From an uncultured virus (IMG/VR IMGVR_UViG_3300027832_000007) (Duplodnaviria > Heunggongvirae > Uroviricota > Caudoviricetes), in IMG/VR virus record IMGVR_UViG_3300027832_000007: a stretch of DNA of 61,775 bases; one strand, 5' to 3'. A program made the translations under genes and the position numbers. Below are positions 31,399-41,035 of the stretch, in pieces (the stretch's first letter is position 1; each line of letters starts with the position of its first letter). Under the pieces are notes generated by a model. That model did not search any database. It was not told the origin of the DNA and worked only from the letters and a program-made list of their open reading frames with translations.

Positions 31399-32712
31399 CT
31401 AAAATAAGTCGTCTATATCATATGTATCTTCATCTTCATCTTCATCATCAATACTATCGTCATTAGATGAAATATTTGAACCATTTAATAAATCATCTAA
31501 TCTAAATGTTTCTTCATAATCATTTTCTAGTTCATCATTTTCGTAATCTAAAACATGAGTTAATTCATCTTCATTTAAACCTTGATTTATTTCTTCAACA
31601 ATAGTTTTAATAATTTTTTTACCTTCTTTCGTACCAGCTAAAATCTCTTTCATTTTAATATTAAATTCATCAGCTTCTAATATTGCTAACTCATTGTATA
31701 TGTGATGTTTTAATTTAAAATCATCTGGCTCTATAGTATCAGTAAATTTTGACCACAAAGCTGGTCCTAATCTCATATCCCATGGTTCAGCAGATAAAAA
31801 ATCTGCTTTATCGATAACATACTTAGCTATTTTTTTATTTTTAGGTAAACCTTTTGCTGATAATATTTCCATAACACCCTTCACTAATTCATGAATAAGA
31901 ACTGGGAATACCATTGCTTCAGCATCTATAATAACTTTTGGGTTCTTTTTTGTTGGAAACGTAACCCTAACCACACCAGCATTAACACCATTCTCCATTT
32001 TAGGTATAACATAATACATATAATCAGCAGCTGACATCATCTTAGTATAGTTATTCGCTAATCTAGGTTCAATATTTGTTAACTCATCATCAACCATATG
32101 AAACATGTGATTACATTTTTTAGCAGCACCTTGAATCATAGCATTTAAAAATCTACGTTTATAAACTTCTTTATTTGCTTTAGCTATTTCACCATGATTA
32201 GAAAATTCAACCTCACTAACAACTGGTGTTGGATTTTTTTTAGTACCCTCAATAGATATATCACTTGTTAAAGTTGCATTTATCTCAACAACATCTTCAC
32301 CCATATCATATTCTTCACGAACCATTTTTATTGCTAAATTTTCCAATTCCTTAGTGTGCATAACCTCTAGTCTCATACACTCACGAACCAATGGCCCCAT
32401 ATTTTGTGTTAATTCTCTATTATCTATAGAATCACAATCAAACGCTCTTTTGTAACGTTTAGCGACTTCATTAAAACGTTCACCCATTATCTTCTCTTCG
32501 AATAAGGATTCATCATCTTCTGGAAATGCTGGGTGTTTACCCAATGAGTGTTTTCTATCTTTAATATCTTGCTCCAATTTAGGATGCATTCTTTCACTAA
32601 GATTTTCTGGGTAAAGAACACTTTCATTAATAGGTTTACTAACACTAGTAGATACAGTACTTAGTTTAGCTTTTTTTAATGCTTCCTCAGCTATTTTTTT
32701 ATATTTACTCAT
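31399..32712 (-). CDS. conserved hypothetical head-region protein
   Basis: 437 aa; PVLIHELVKG motif; acidic tail; just upstream of the terminase. Confidence 0.65.
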   Translation of the reverse strand: MSKYKKIAEEALKKAKLSTVSTSVSKPINESVLYPENLSERMHPKLEQDIKDRKHSLGKHPAFPEDDESLFEEKIMGERFNEVAKRYKRAFDCDSIDNRELTQNMGPLVRECMRLEVMHTKELENLAIKMVREEYDMGEDVVEINATLTSDISIEGTKKNPTPVVSEVEFSNHGEIAKANKEVYKRRFLNAMIQGAAKKCNHMFHMVDDELTNIEPRLANNYTKMMSAADYMYYVIPKMENGVNAGVVRVTFPTKKNPKVIIDAEAMVFPVLIHELVKGVMEILSAKGLPKNKKIAKYVIDKADFLSAEPWDMRLGPALWSKFTDTIEPDDFKLKHHIYNELAILEADEFNIKMKEILAGTKEGKKIIKTIVEEINQGLNEDELTHVLDYENDELENDYEETFRLDDLLNGSNISSNDDSIDDEDEDEDTYDIDDLF

Positions 32713-33761
32713 TTCTTTAAATCTTTTATTTTAATTGTTTTTATAACATTTCTTTTTGACTCTTTAATTCCAGATGTAACATCTGTGGTACCATCTGTGG
32801 TACCATCTGTGGGAACACTTGGTGTAACATTATTTCCACTACTATTAGCAGTATCTTTAAATTTGCTAACCAATGCTGATAACATTGTTGTATCAATTTT
32901 AAGTAATTCAGCGATTTTAGATAAAAATGTTGCTTTTTCAATATCTTTATCTAATTTAGCAAAGACATTACCAAATTTACTTATCATTCCACGAACTAAT
33001 TTTCCTACATCACTAGTTAGCTTATCAGTATTAATAACACTCTCATCTAAACCATGTGTTGATAATTGTTCTTTAATTTTACTAGAGAATCTAATAGCTT
33101 TTAATTGTCTCCTATTAACTAACATCTCGTTATCACCTAACTTAATACCAGAAGTAGCCAATTCTTTAACATCTCTAAACCTAGCAATAACTTTACCAGT
33201 TCCTTTTTCAATAAAAAATAACCTACACTTACCTAAGTCATCTAAATTAAAGTGACCCATCAAATCCTCACTATTATTATCCATTGGTTTTTGAATACCA
33301 TCTCTATCCATAATTGGTTTTATTACTGATTCTTCAAAGTACTCAACTAAATGTATAATATTATTACCATCTTTATTCAATTCGTCAAAACAATAAACAC
33401 CAAGAACAACACCCTTAGTTGGGTGTTGACCTCTAACCATCTTATATTTTTTATTATCGATAGTGAAAGGTTTAGATACCTCACCACTTTCTTTATCTAT
33501 AACATTTGATAAATATTTTATTGTTGCTTGGTCTTGTGGTTCAATAATAGATTCTTCCTCAGATATACTCAACATTGAAGTACTATCAGAACCACCTTCC
33601 TCATCGTAAACTAATTTAACACCTTCTGGATTTGCTTTTTGAATGTCACTTAATTCTTTAGTTTTAACAACATCTTTTAAGACTTTAGGCGTTACAAGAA
33701 GAGCAATTTTACCATCTTTACCATCTTCATCATCTTCATTAATTTTATTTTTCTTTTCCAT
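32709..33761 (-). CDS. putative internal head protein
   Basis: 350 aa, several I/L-x-E sites, overlaps both neighbours. Confidence 0.55.
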   Translation of the reverse strand: MEKKNKINEDDEDGKDGKIALLVTPKVLKDVVKTKELSDIQKANPEGVKLVYDEEGGSDSTSMLSISEEESIIEPQDQATIKYLSNVIDKESGEVSKPFTIDNKKYKMVRGQHPTKGVVLGVYCFDELNKDGNNIIHLVEYFEESVIKPIMDRDGIQKPMDNNSEDLMGHFNLDDLGKCRLFFIEKGTGKVIARFRDVKELATSGIKLGDNEMLVNRRQLKAIRFSSKIKEQLSTHGLDESVINTDKLTSDVGKLVRGMISKFGNVFAKLDKDIEKATFLSKIAELLKIDTTMLSALVSKFKDTANSSGNNVTPSVPTDGTTDGTTDVTSGIKESKRNVIKTIKIKDLKK

Positions 33762-34158
33762 GGTTAATTTTATTATATTCTAATATTAGGTCTTTTTCGT
33801 ACAATTTAGCTTCAACATCTTTAATAGTATCACCAAATTTAAAGCAAAGTCTATTCTCTGGGTAAGTATCGTAATTGTTTATATTCTCCCATGACAAAGC
33901 AATAACTCCGTCAACAGCATCCCATACAGCAAAGGTATCACTTTCTTGAATAACATCCAAAATTAAGTCAGACTGTAAACGTCCAACTTTCTTAATTAAA
34001 TGTTCATGAGGTGGTTCTGGTCTACCAGAAGCTGGAAATGTGTCCCACTCTTCACCATCTATGTTTGAAATAGTATCAGAAAATATGAACTCATATAAAA
34101 ATTCACCTCTATAATCTTTACCTACCTTATTAACATATATTAAAAAAAGTTCTTTCAT
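33745..34158 (-). CDS. hypothetical protein
   Basis: 137-aa ORF, translationally coupled. Confidence 0.7.
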   Translation of the reverse strand: MKELFLIYVNKVGKDYRGEFLYEFIFSDTISNIDGEEWDTFPASGRPEPPHEHLIKKVGRLQSDLILDVIQESDTFAVWDAVDGVIALSWENINNYDTYPENRLCFKFGDTIKDVEAKLYEKDLILEYNKINHGKEK

Positions 34159-35627
34159 TATTTTTCAGCTTTAGGGTCCGTTTGAGGTATTGTATCTGGC
34201 TCAATCGTAAATGGTTTATTTTTTCTACTAGGTGCAAAAGGTTTAGTTGTTCTTTTAGGTTCTATAACTGGCATTGGTGCTGGCTCTACAAACGGTTCTA
34301 AATCGTCATTAAATGTCTCTCTTAATCTCATAGTTAAATCTTTTTTCCCAAAGATACTATTTCCACCACTAACAATCAAGTTTTCACCGACTATTTTAGA
34401 AACTGGGGTTGATGACCACATTTTACATGACCAATATTTTGGTGTTGTTTTATCTTTAGCTTCAGAACATTTATGTCTAGCTCTAAATGCTTTTTTTCTT
34501 TTTGGGTCATCTCTTTTAATTTCCATATTAGGGTCACCAAAATTAACCTTTATAACATTACCTTTTTTATTTTTTACAAATACTTTGAATTTTTTTACGT
34601 CACCACTAGTTGGTTTATTTAATTTTTTATCATCATATTTACCTTCATAAAGTTCAACATTTTCAACCGTACCATACTCATCTTCATAACCACACTCTGT
34701 CTCACCATCATAATCCATTGAACTGGAATCAACATTAGTGTCAAAGAAATGATATACTTCTTCAATATCATCTGCCGAAGTAGAAATGTGGTCAACAGCC
34801 CATGCGTGACCATTTGCACACATTTCATCTATTTTATCTTTATCCATTCCTAACAATTCACTAGAAGCATGATTTAAGGTTTTAAGGTTTTGCCAAAACG
34901 TATAATTATTTGATTCTCTACCCTCAACACCTTCATTAACTGGTACACAATTAGGTACTTGTTTACCATTCTTCTCCTTCATTCCAATTTGTTGATAATT
35001 TTTCCAACATGGGTCAGAATCAACTGCCTCATCTAAATCATTTTCTGGAATGTGTTCTTTACTATATTTTGGTGCAAATATACTTACTTTTGGGACCTTT
35101 TCTTTATCCAATAAGTATTTACCCTCTTGTAAATCTTCATCACCATCATTTTCACCGTTATTACTATTATCATCAAACCCAGCATTGTCATTATCGCTAC
35201 CGTTATCTTCCGTATTGTCGGAATCTTCTGATTCATTTCCAGATGTATTAACTTTCTTAATTATATCGTTTTTATCCTCTTCATCCATTTGAGAAGTATG
35301 TGTTGCCGATAATAAAGAATTAATCGCAAATTTTTCTAATTCATAATCTGGTTGTCCTTGGTCTTTAGAATACTGTCTTAAAGACTGACCCAATTTACCA
35401 GTCAATTGTTGGATGTATTTTTTGGGGTCAGAATCTTCATTTGCTTCTACTCCAGCATCAAATGGTTCATCATCGAAAGGTTTATCATCTACTGGTAATT
35501 CCTCACCAGAATCCATAGATGGCTCTTCACTACTAGAACCATCAAAACCACCAAAACCAGCTTCATCAGCTGGTTCGGCAATAGGTTCGGCTGAAACTTT
35601 TGGCTCTAGAGCATCAAGTTTCAACAT
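34158..35627 (-). CDS. modular acidic putative head protein; probably the C-terminal part of a -1 frameshift fusion with 35642..36424
   Basis: Small modules DPCWKNY...VPNCVP and KKFKVFVK...VNFGD...FRARHKC...YWSCKMW separated by L-x-E linkers; its frame stays open upstream into the A10 run. Confidence 0.7.
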   Translation of the reverse strand: MLKLDALEPKVSAEPIAEPADEAGFGGFDGSSSEEPSMDSGEELPVDDKPFDDEPFDAGVEANEDSDPKKYIQQLTGKLGQSLRQYSKDQGQPDYELEKFAINSLLSATHTSQMDEEDKNDIIKKVNTSGNESEDSDNTEDNGSDNDNAGFDDNSNNGENDGDEDLQEGKYLLDKEKVPKVSIFAPKYSKEHIPENDLDEAVDSDPCWKNYQQIGMKEKNGKQVPNCVPVNEGVEGRESNNYTFWQNLKTLNHASSELLGMDKDKIDEMCANGHAWAVDHISTSADDIEEVYHFFDTNVDSSSMDYDGETECGYEDEYGTVENVELYEGKYDDKKLNKPTSGDVKKFKVFVKNKKGNVIKVNFGDPNMEIKRDDPKRKKAFRARHKCSEAKDKTTPKYWSCKMWSSTPVSKIVGENLIVSGGNSIFGKKDLTMRLRETFNDDLEPFVEPAPMPVIEPKRTTKPFAPSRKNKPFTIEPDTIPQTDPKAEK

Positions 35628-35641
35628 ATATTTAGTTTCGT

Positions 35642-36424
35642 TTAAACTTTTTTTTTTAAATAAGCAGCTGCCGCTTCTTCACTTACAGTTCCACCTTTAC
35701 GAAACAATGAAGCTATACTAATATTATTAGGATTAATTTCTCTACCTTTTTCAGTTAGTTCAGCAATAATACTTTCTATTTTTTCGCTATTTTCGCTATT
35801 TTCAGATGGAACTTCAAGCATCTCAGTTAATCTATCAATTGACTCCTCCATAGATTCTTCTTTTACGTCTCCAGTTCCGCAGTCTTTTTCAGTTAACATA
35901 GCTTCGATAATAGCTTCTTCCTCAGTCATTTCAATTTCTTCTTCAATTTCTCCCTCTTCTTCATATAACACAGTATTACCTGCTAAATTTCCAGCACCAG
36001 AAAAACCATTTCCACCATAATTAGAGAAACCAGCAATACCAGATTCAGATAATAAATTATCATCTTTCAATACGTTTATAGTAAGTTCTTTATCGAAAGC
36101 TTCAGCCAATGAATTAAACCTTAAATTTAAATGTTTAGTTGCTTTAGCATATGAAGGATAAGATTCAGATTTTTTATTTTGTAAACCACCAATATATTTA
36201 AAATCTTCAGCTAATATGTTTGAAGTTTTATCGCTAATTTTAATATAATATTCATGATTTTCTCTAACAATAGCGTAAGCTTTATTATCTGGACCAATCT
36301 TAGTTAACTCAATAACATATGATGTTTTATTTTCGTTGATTGTTTTAATACCCATTAAATGACGCATACGTTCATTTATTTCTTCACCCTTAAGACCTAA
36401 TGGCATTATTTTATTATTTTTCAT
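35642..36424 (-). CDS. putative head protein ending at a slippery A10 run
   Basis: YAIVRENHEYYIK, FKYIGGLQN; ends YLKKKV*. Confidence 0.7.
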   Translation of the reverse strand: MKNNKIMPLGLKGEEINERMRHLMGIKTINENKTSYVIELTKIGPDNKAYAIVRENHEYYIKISDKTSNILAEDFKYIGGLQNKKSESYPSYAKATKHLNLRFNSLAEAFDKELTINVLKDDNLLSESGIAGFSNYGGNGFSGAGNLAGNTVLYEEEGEIEEEIEMTEEEAIIEAMLTEKDCGTGDVKEESMEESIDRLTEMLEVPSENSENSEKIESIIAELTEKGREINPNNISIASLFRKGGTVSEEAAAAYLKKKV

Positions 36425-36446
36425 ATTTATTTTATATTATTTATTT

Positions 36447-36692
36447 TTATTGTAAATTATTACTTCCTTGGAATACATCTTTGTTTTCACCTAATAAAAA
36501 ACAACCATCACCACCACTTATTGTCCTTACCCAAACATAGATACTAGAAGAAGCACCAATAGATACACCAACACCGTTAAGTGTTATTGTGCAACCAGCA
36601 GAACCACCATATATCTCAGTATATGTATGTGCGGTTAAATTAGGGGATGATGCTGGAACTATAATGCTATGTATATCATTTATTTTTGCCAT
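36447..36692 (-). CDS. small beta-rich putative capsid decoration protein
   Basis: 81 aa; late promoter at 36709. Confidence 0.5.
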   Translation of the reverse strand: MAKINDIHSIIVPASSPNLTAHTYTEIYGGSAGCTITLNGVGVSIGASSSIYVWVRTISGGDGCFLLGENKDVFQGSNNLQ

Positions 36693-36757
36693 AATCTATT
36701 TCTTTCTTATAAATATTAACAAAAACAAAAAAAACTACTTAATGTAGCTTTTATTTA

Positions 36758-37555
36758 TTAATTCGATAAAGGAGCTTTTATCGTTGGATGTGATTCGTAC
36801 CCAGTAAATTTAAATTGGTCAATGTTATAGTCTGATATGTCAGAACCAATAGGTTCACCATGTATCTCCAATCTAGGTAAGTCAAATGAATCTCTTCTCA
36901 ACTGTTCTTTAGCCTGTTCTATATGATTAGAATATAAATGTACATTGGTTAAATCACCTATTAAAAAACTAGGAACCATATTAACCTCCTTAGCTAACAT
37001 TTCTAATAACAAACCATAAGATGCTATATTAAATGGTAAACCTAAAAATGTGTCAACACTTCTTTGATGCCATTTAAGATTAAGTTTTCTTTTTGGTATG
37101 TTTCTTTCATCACAAGATTTAATTTGTTGAATTGTTAGTGCTGGATATTTTACTTGGATAGTACCGCCAGCCAATTTAACCCTTTCCTCGTCACTTAATT
37201 CTTCAGTATAACACTCAAATGCCCAATGACAAGGCGGTAAAACCATCTTGTCAATCTCACCAACATTCCAAGCTGAGACAATCAATCGTCTTGAGTCTGG
37301 GTCATTTTTTAAACTGTGTATTAACTCTTTAATTTGGTCTAAAATTGGTTGCCTATCAAAATGTGTAACACTACCATGACAGTAAGAAGAAGGTACTAGT
37401 TTATACCCACCCCACGCTCTCCATTGTTTTCCATATACTGGACCTAAATCACCCCATTTTTTAGCAAATTTAATATCAGTTTTAATTCTATCAGTAAATT
37501 CTTCTTGTGTATAAGGTCTACCACTTTCATGTAAATCATTTCTATTTGCTTTCAT
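36758..37555 (-). CDS. thyA: thymidylate synthase, C-terminal (catalytic) fragment
   Basis: DLGPVYGKQWR, PDSRRLIVSAWN, LPPCH, QRSVDTFLGLPFNIASY, HLYSNH, IKAPLSN. Confidence 0.95.
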   Translation of the reverse strand: MKANRNDLHESGRPYTQEEFTDRIKTDIKFAKKWGDLGPVYGKQWRAWGGYKLVPSSYCHGSVTHFDRQPILDQIKELIHSLKNDPDSRRLIVSAWNVGEIDKMVLPPCHWAFECYTEELSDEERVKLAGGTIQVKYPALTIQQIKSCDERNIPKRKLNLKWHQRSVDTFLGLPFNIASYGLLLEMLAKEVNMVPSFLIGDLTNVHLYSNHIEQAKEQLRRDSFDLPRLEIHGEPIGSDISDYNIDQFKFTGYESHPTIKAPLSN

Positions 37556-38258
37556 CTTCTATATTTTTATATTTCCATTTATAACCACCAGCGGTTTTAT
37601 TCCTACCTCTTAAACAATGTCCAATCCCCCCAACATTTATGTTTAACACATTAGCGGCATCTACAGCTGAACTAAACACATCAATAACTTCACCATCTAA
37701 ATTAAGTTGATAAATAGGTTTTTTACTCTGTTCATGTACTTTATTTAGGAATGAATAATCTGTTTTCCTGTTTTTTATTGATTCTCTCCAACTATCCCAA
37801 TCAGTATTTTTCTTTGCTTTATCAGCTCTTTTCTTAAAATCAACTTTTTCGATTCGTTCTCTAAGTATTTTTTTTATTTCATCATCACTAACATTCTTCA
37901 ACCAATCATTCAAGTGTTTACTATTTTCTGGATTGTGAAATGTTGGGTTTGAATAATCTATAAATTTAGATGTATCTCCACCGTCACCTATTTCTTCTCT
38001 CAAATTAGCCCATTCTTTTGACTTAACAACATCGTACAATAAACTCAATTCAAGTCCTTTTTCAATTAACTTGTCAATATCGGTTGTTTCAAAAACAATC
38101 TCGGTCTTAATATCACCAATCGTCAAATTATGTTTTTTAATATGACGCTTCCAAATTTTACCACTACCTAAATATATAAACGGGTCTTTTGTTGTTTTAC
38201 CTAGATACCTTAACCCTATTGGGCTCGTCTTAATGTATAAATAATATTTTTTTTCCAT
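37542..38258 (-). mobile_element. free-standing GIY-YIG (Seg-like) homing endonuclease with C-terminal NUMOD1-like HTH
   Basis: YYLYIKTSPIGLRYLGKT, YLGSGKIW, WANL..GDGGD; KPIYQLNLDG...TAGGYKWKY; inserted inside thyA. Confidence 0.85.
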
Positions 38259-38300
38259 ATTTTAGTTTATATATAAATATGGTGATGGGTATAAGAACTA

Positions 38301-38618
38301 CTAATTATTGTTATCTTTTTTTAATTTTTCACATTCTTTTAAGTAAAAATTATAACTATCCCCATTCCAAATATTACAACCATTATCCACGAGATATTTT
38401 ATATTTGTATCTCCTTTAAGAAACCATAATAATTCAGTTATAATTCCTTTGGTAAACATTTTTTTTGTTGTTAACAAAGGGAATCCAGTTGACATATCAT
38501 GTTTTATTTGATGAGAGAACAATGAAAGAGTACCAGTACCAGTTCTATCCTCCTTTTTAATACCAAAATCTATTATATCCCTAAGTATATTTTGATAATC
38601 TTTATCTAATTTATTCAT
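38301..38618 (-). CDS. thyA: thymidylate synthase, N-terminal fragment (probable start MNKLDKDYQ)
   Basis: YQNILRDI, DRTGTGTLSLF, GFPLLTTKK, ELLWFLKGDTNIKYL, IWNGD. Confidence 0.95.
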   Translation of the reverse strand: MNKLDKDYQNILRDIIDFGIKKEDRTGTGTLSLFSHQIKHDMSTGFPLLTTKKMFTKGIITELLWFLKGDTNIKYLVDNGCNIWNGDSYNFYLKECEKLKKDNNN

Positions 38619-38625
38619 TATATGT

Positions 38626-39084
38626 TTAAACAATAGTTACGTTATTTGTAGTTATTTTTTCTAAATTACTAATATTATCTTTTAAACCTTTTAACGATGC
38701 TTTCGTAACATTACCATTCTTAAAGTAATTAGCAATAATAGTACTCATAGCTTCTAATAATTCTTTTGTTCTAGATTCTGGTGTCGATGTATCTCCAACC
38801 AACTCTAATTCTTTTATTTCTTTAATCATCTCAGTAACATCAATACCACCTAACTTTTCACTAGAGTATTTTTTTATATGACTACTCAATATTGAACCTT
38901 GACTATCAGCAAGTTCAAAACGTGTATAATCTGTTTTTGAAACACCTTTATATAGGTATTGACCACCATACGTAAAAATCAACGTTAAATCGTTTGTTAA
39001 GTTGTTATACGTTGATGCACAAATGTTAGACGATGAATAAATAGCTTTAACTACACCTTCTTGTTCTTTTCTTTTTAAAATCAT
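38626..39084 (-). CDS. KTSC-domain protein
   Basis: SSNICASTY...LTLIF..GGQYLYKGV....Y..F..ADSQG. Confidence 0.75.
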   Translation of the reverse strand: MILKRKEQEGVVKAIYSSSNICASTYNNLTNDLTLIFTYGGQYLYKGVSKTDYTRFELADSQGSILSSHIKKYSSEKLGGIDVTEMIKEIKELELVGDTSTPESRTKELLEAMSTIIANYFKNGNVTKASLKGLKDNISNLEKITTNNVTIV

Positions 39085-39100
39085 TTTTTTTTTTGTTTTT

Positions 39101-39339
39101 TTACTTTATTATTTTTGTTGTTTGATATGATGATATTTCAGATAATTTAAAAATTTTATTATTATATGTATAGGTATCATTATTTTCTTTCGAACCAAAT
39201 TCTGAACTGTTGTAATTATCATAAAATCAGCTTGAAAATTTACTTCACAATTAATAAATTCTAATTTAACCGTACTGCCAAATACCGTATCATTTATTTT
39301 TAATATTAATTCAATTCTTGTATAACTCACGCTCATCAT
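39101..39339 (-). CDS. small hypothetical protein, possibly frameshifted
   Basis: TAnnTTTG promoter upstream; the alternative frame gives a more protein-like C-terminus. Confidence 0.4.
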
Positions 39340-39404
39340 TTACTTTTATACAAATATACGAATATTTAATTGTAAATCAAGTTGGTTTATTAAATAAATA
39401 TTAG

Positions 39405-39412
39405 TACATTTG
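39405..39412 (+). promoter_or_regulatory. Bacteroidota-type -7 promoter element upstream of clpC
   Basis: TACATTTG matches TAnnTTTG; a divergent copy TATATTTG is on the minus strand at 39351-39358. Confidence 0.6.
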
Positions 39413-39438
39413 CTGAAACAAATTAATAAAAAAAAAAT

Positions 39439-40239
39439 ATGAATAGAGAAATTTATCCTAAAGTTAAGATTATAATGAATAACTCAATTAAAGAAGCTAA
39501 AGCTTTTGATGATGTTAAAGTTAAACCAGAGCATATACTCTTATCGATATTATCTGATAATGATAATACATGTGTAAATATATTAAAAAAATTAAAAGTA
39601 GAACCTTCAGATTTATATGATTTAATTTATACATTTGTTAGAGTGAATGATTTAATACCTAGAGTAAGTAAAAATAGACGCTCACTTCCTTTTTCTGACG
39701 AAAGTAAGGCTATTATAAATTCTTTAGATAAAGAGTGTGATAAATTAGGTGATATTATGATTGACACTACTCACATCATGTTGGCTATGTTAAATTCTAA
39801 GTATCCAATATCTAAATTTTTAATCGATATGGGAATTACTTATGACATATTTTTAATATCAATGGTTGGTGAAGATTATAAACCAGAACAAATTAAAAGT
39901 GCATTGGAAGAATCTAGTGATGAGCTAGATTCTTTTAATGGGAAATCAAAACAAGGTGAACCTAAAAGTAAAACACCAGTATTAGATAATTTCTGTAGAG
40001 ATATATCTAAAGCCGTTGAAAGAGGTGAATTAGACCCAGTTGTTGGTAGAGCCCCAGAAATTAAGAGGATATCTCAGATATTATCTAGGAGAAAGAAAAA
40101 TAACCCAGTGTTGATTGGTGAGCCAGGAGTTGGTAAGTGTATTTGTCCTGATACTGAGGTAGTTATGAGAAATGATTTAACTGGAGAAGTGTTTAAAACA
40201 ACAATAACTAATTTATTAAATACGTTTACCAACAGCTAA
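39439..40239 (+). CDS. clpC: ClpC AAA+ chaperone N-terminal part fused to a 33-aa split-intein N-fragment
   Basis: Clp N repeats ([17 protein letters not shown]), [41 protein letters not shown], then /CICPDTEV...*. Confidence 0.93.
   Translation: MNREIYPKVKIIMNNSIKEAKAFDDVKVKPEHILLSILSDNDNTCVNILKKLKVEPSDLYDLIYTFVRVNDLIPRVSKNRRSLPFSDESKAIINSLDKECDKLGDIMIDTTHIMLAMLNSKYPISKFLIDMGITYDIFLISMVGEDYKPEQIKSALEESSDELDSFNGKSKQGEPKSKTPVLDNFCRDISKAVERGELDPVVGRAPEIKRISQILSRRKKNNPVLIGEPGVGKCICPDTEVVMRNDLTGEVFKTTITNLLNTFTNS
40138..40236 (+). mobile_element. split intein N-fragment (IntN, 33 aa)
   Basis: Block [12 protein letters not shown] right after the Walker A Lys, followed by a stop. Confidence 0.88.
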
Positions 40240-40307
40240 TTAACTTTTTTTCACTTCATTATTTACTTTTCTTACTATTGAATATGTTTATAATAAAAGT
40301 AAATGTA

Positions 40308-40661
40308 TGAAAATTAAATATAAAAAGAATGGTAATTTTGAAGTTGAGTTTAACGAATATTTTAAAAACGTTGATAACTTGAAGGGTTTTATAAAATAAA
40401 AAAACAAATTTATTAATGTGGAAACTTTAGAAAATTAAATACAATTGATTTATAATGATTTAGTTTTATTAGACCACTCGATTAAATCTAGTTTATTAGA
40501 TTGGTTTATTGTTGGTAGGTTTAATTTTAAATATAAAATACCTAACAACCTTAATTTTTGGTTAGAAAGGGTTTGATGTAATGGTAGTTTGGGATTCGGA
40601 ATATAGATGGGGAAATAGAGAAGAAATAATAAATAAATGCATTAAATTTTTAAATAAATAA
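40308..40661 (+). pseudogene. decayed Vsr-like homing endonuclease remnant between the split-intein halves
   Basis: MKIKYKKNG...* fragment, NFWLER, then in another frame KGFDVMVVWDSEY...IINKCIKFLNK* (Vsr-type C-terminus); stops and frameshifts. Confidence 0.65.
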
Positions 40662-40663
40662 AA

Positions 40664-41035
40664 ATGGAAGAATTAAAAAAAATAACCAAATCATTTGATA
40701 TGTCTGGTTTTAGTATCTTAACTGATAGTGGTTTTGTGAAACTTGCGAAACTACATGAAACAATACCTTATCAAGTATATCAGCTTAACTTAAATGATGG
40801 GAAAAAACTTAAATGTGCGGATAACCATATCGTATTCTATAAAGATGATATGGAAGAGGTCTTTATTAAAAATTTATTGATTGGTGACAAAATCTGTGTT
40901 AATGGTGATGATAGTTTATCTGAAGTTGAGGTTATTGGTATAACCAATTTAGGTTACGAAGAGATTATGTATGATTTTCAATTAACTGAGGGTTCAAATA
41001 GAAGATATTATACTAACGGAATATTATCACATAAT
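40664..41035 (+). mobile_element. split intein C-fragment (IntC, 124 aa)
   Basis: ILTDSGF, LKCADNH (block B), MYDFQL, YYTNGILSHN/T. Confidence 0.88.

Noticed and set aside
37542..38300. Group I intron in thyA, as in T4 td
   Set aside because: Only 42 non-coding bases lie on one side and the ORFs overlap on the other; no P7-like core is visible. Treated as a split gene pending an Infernal scan.
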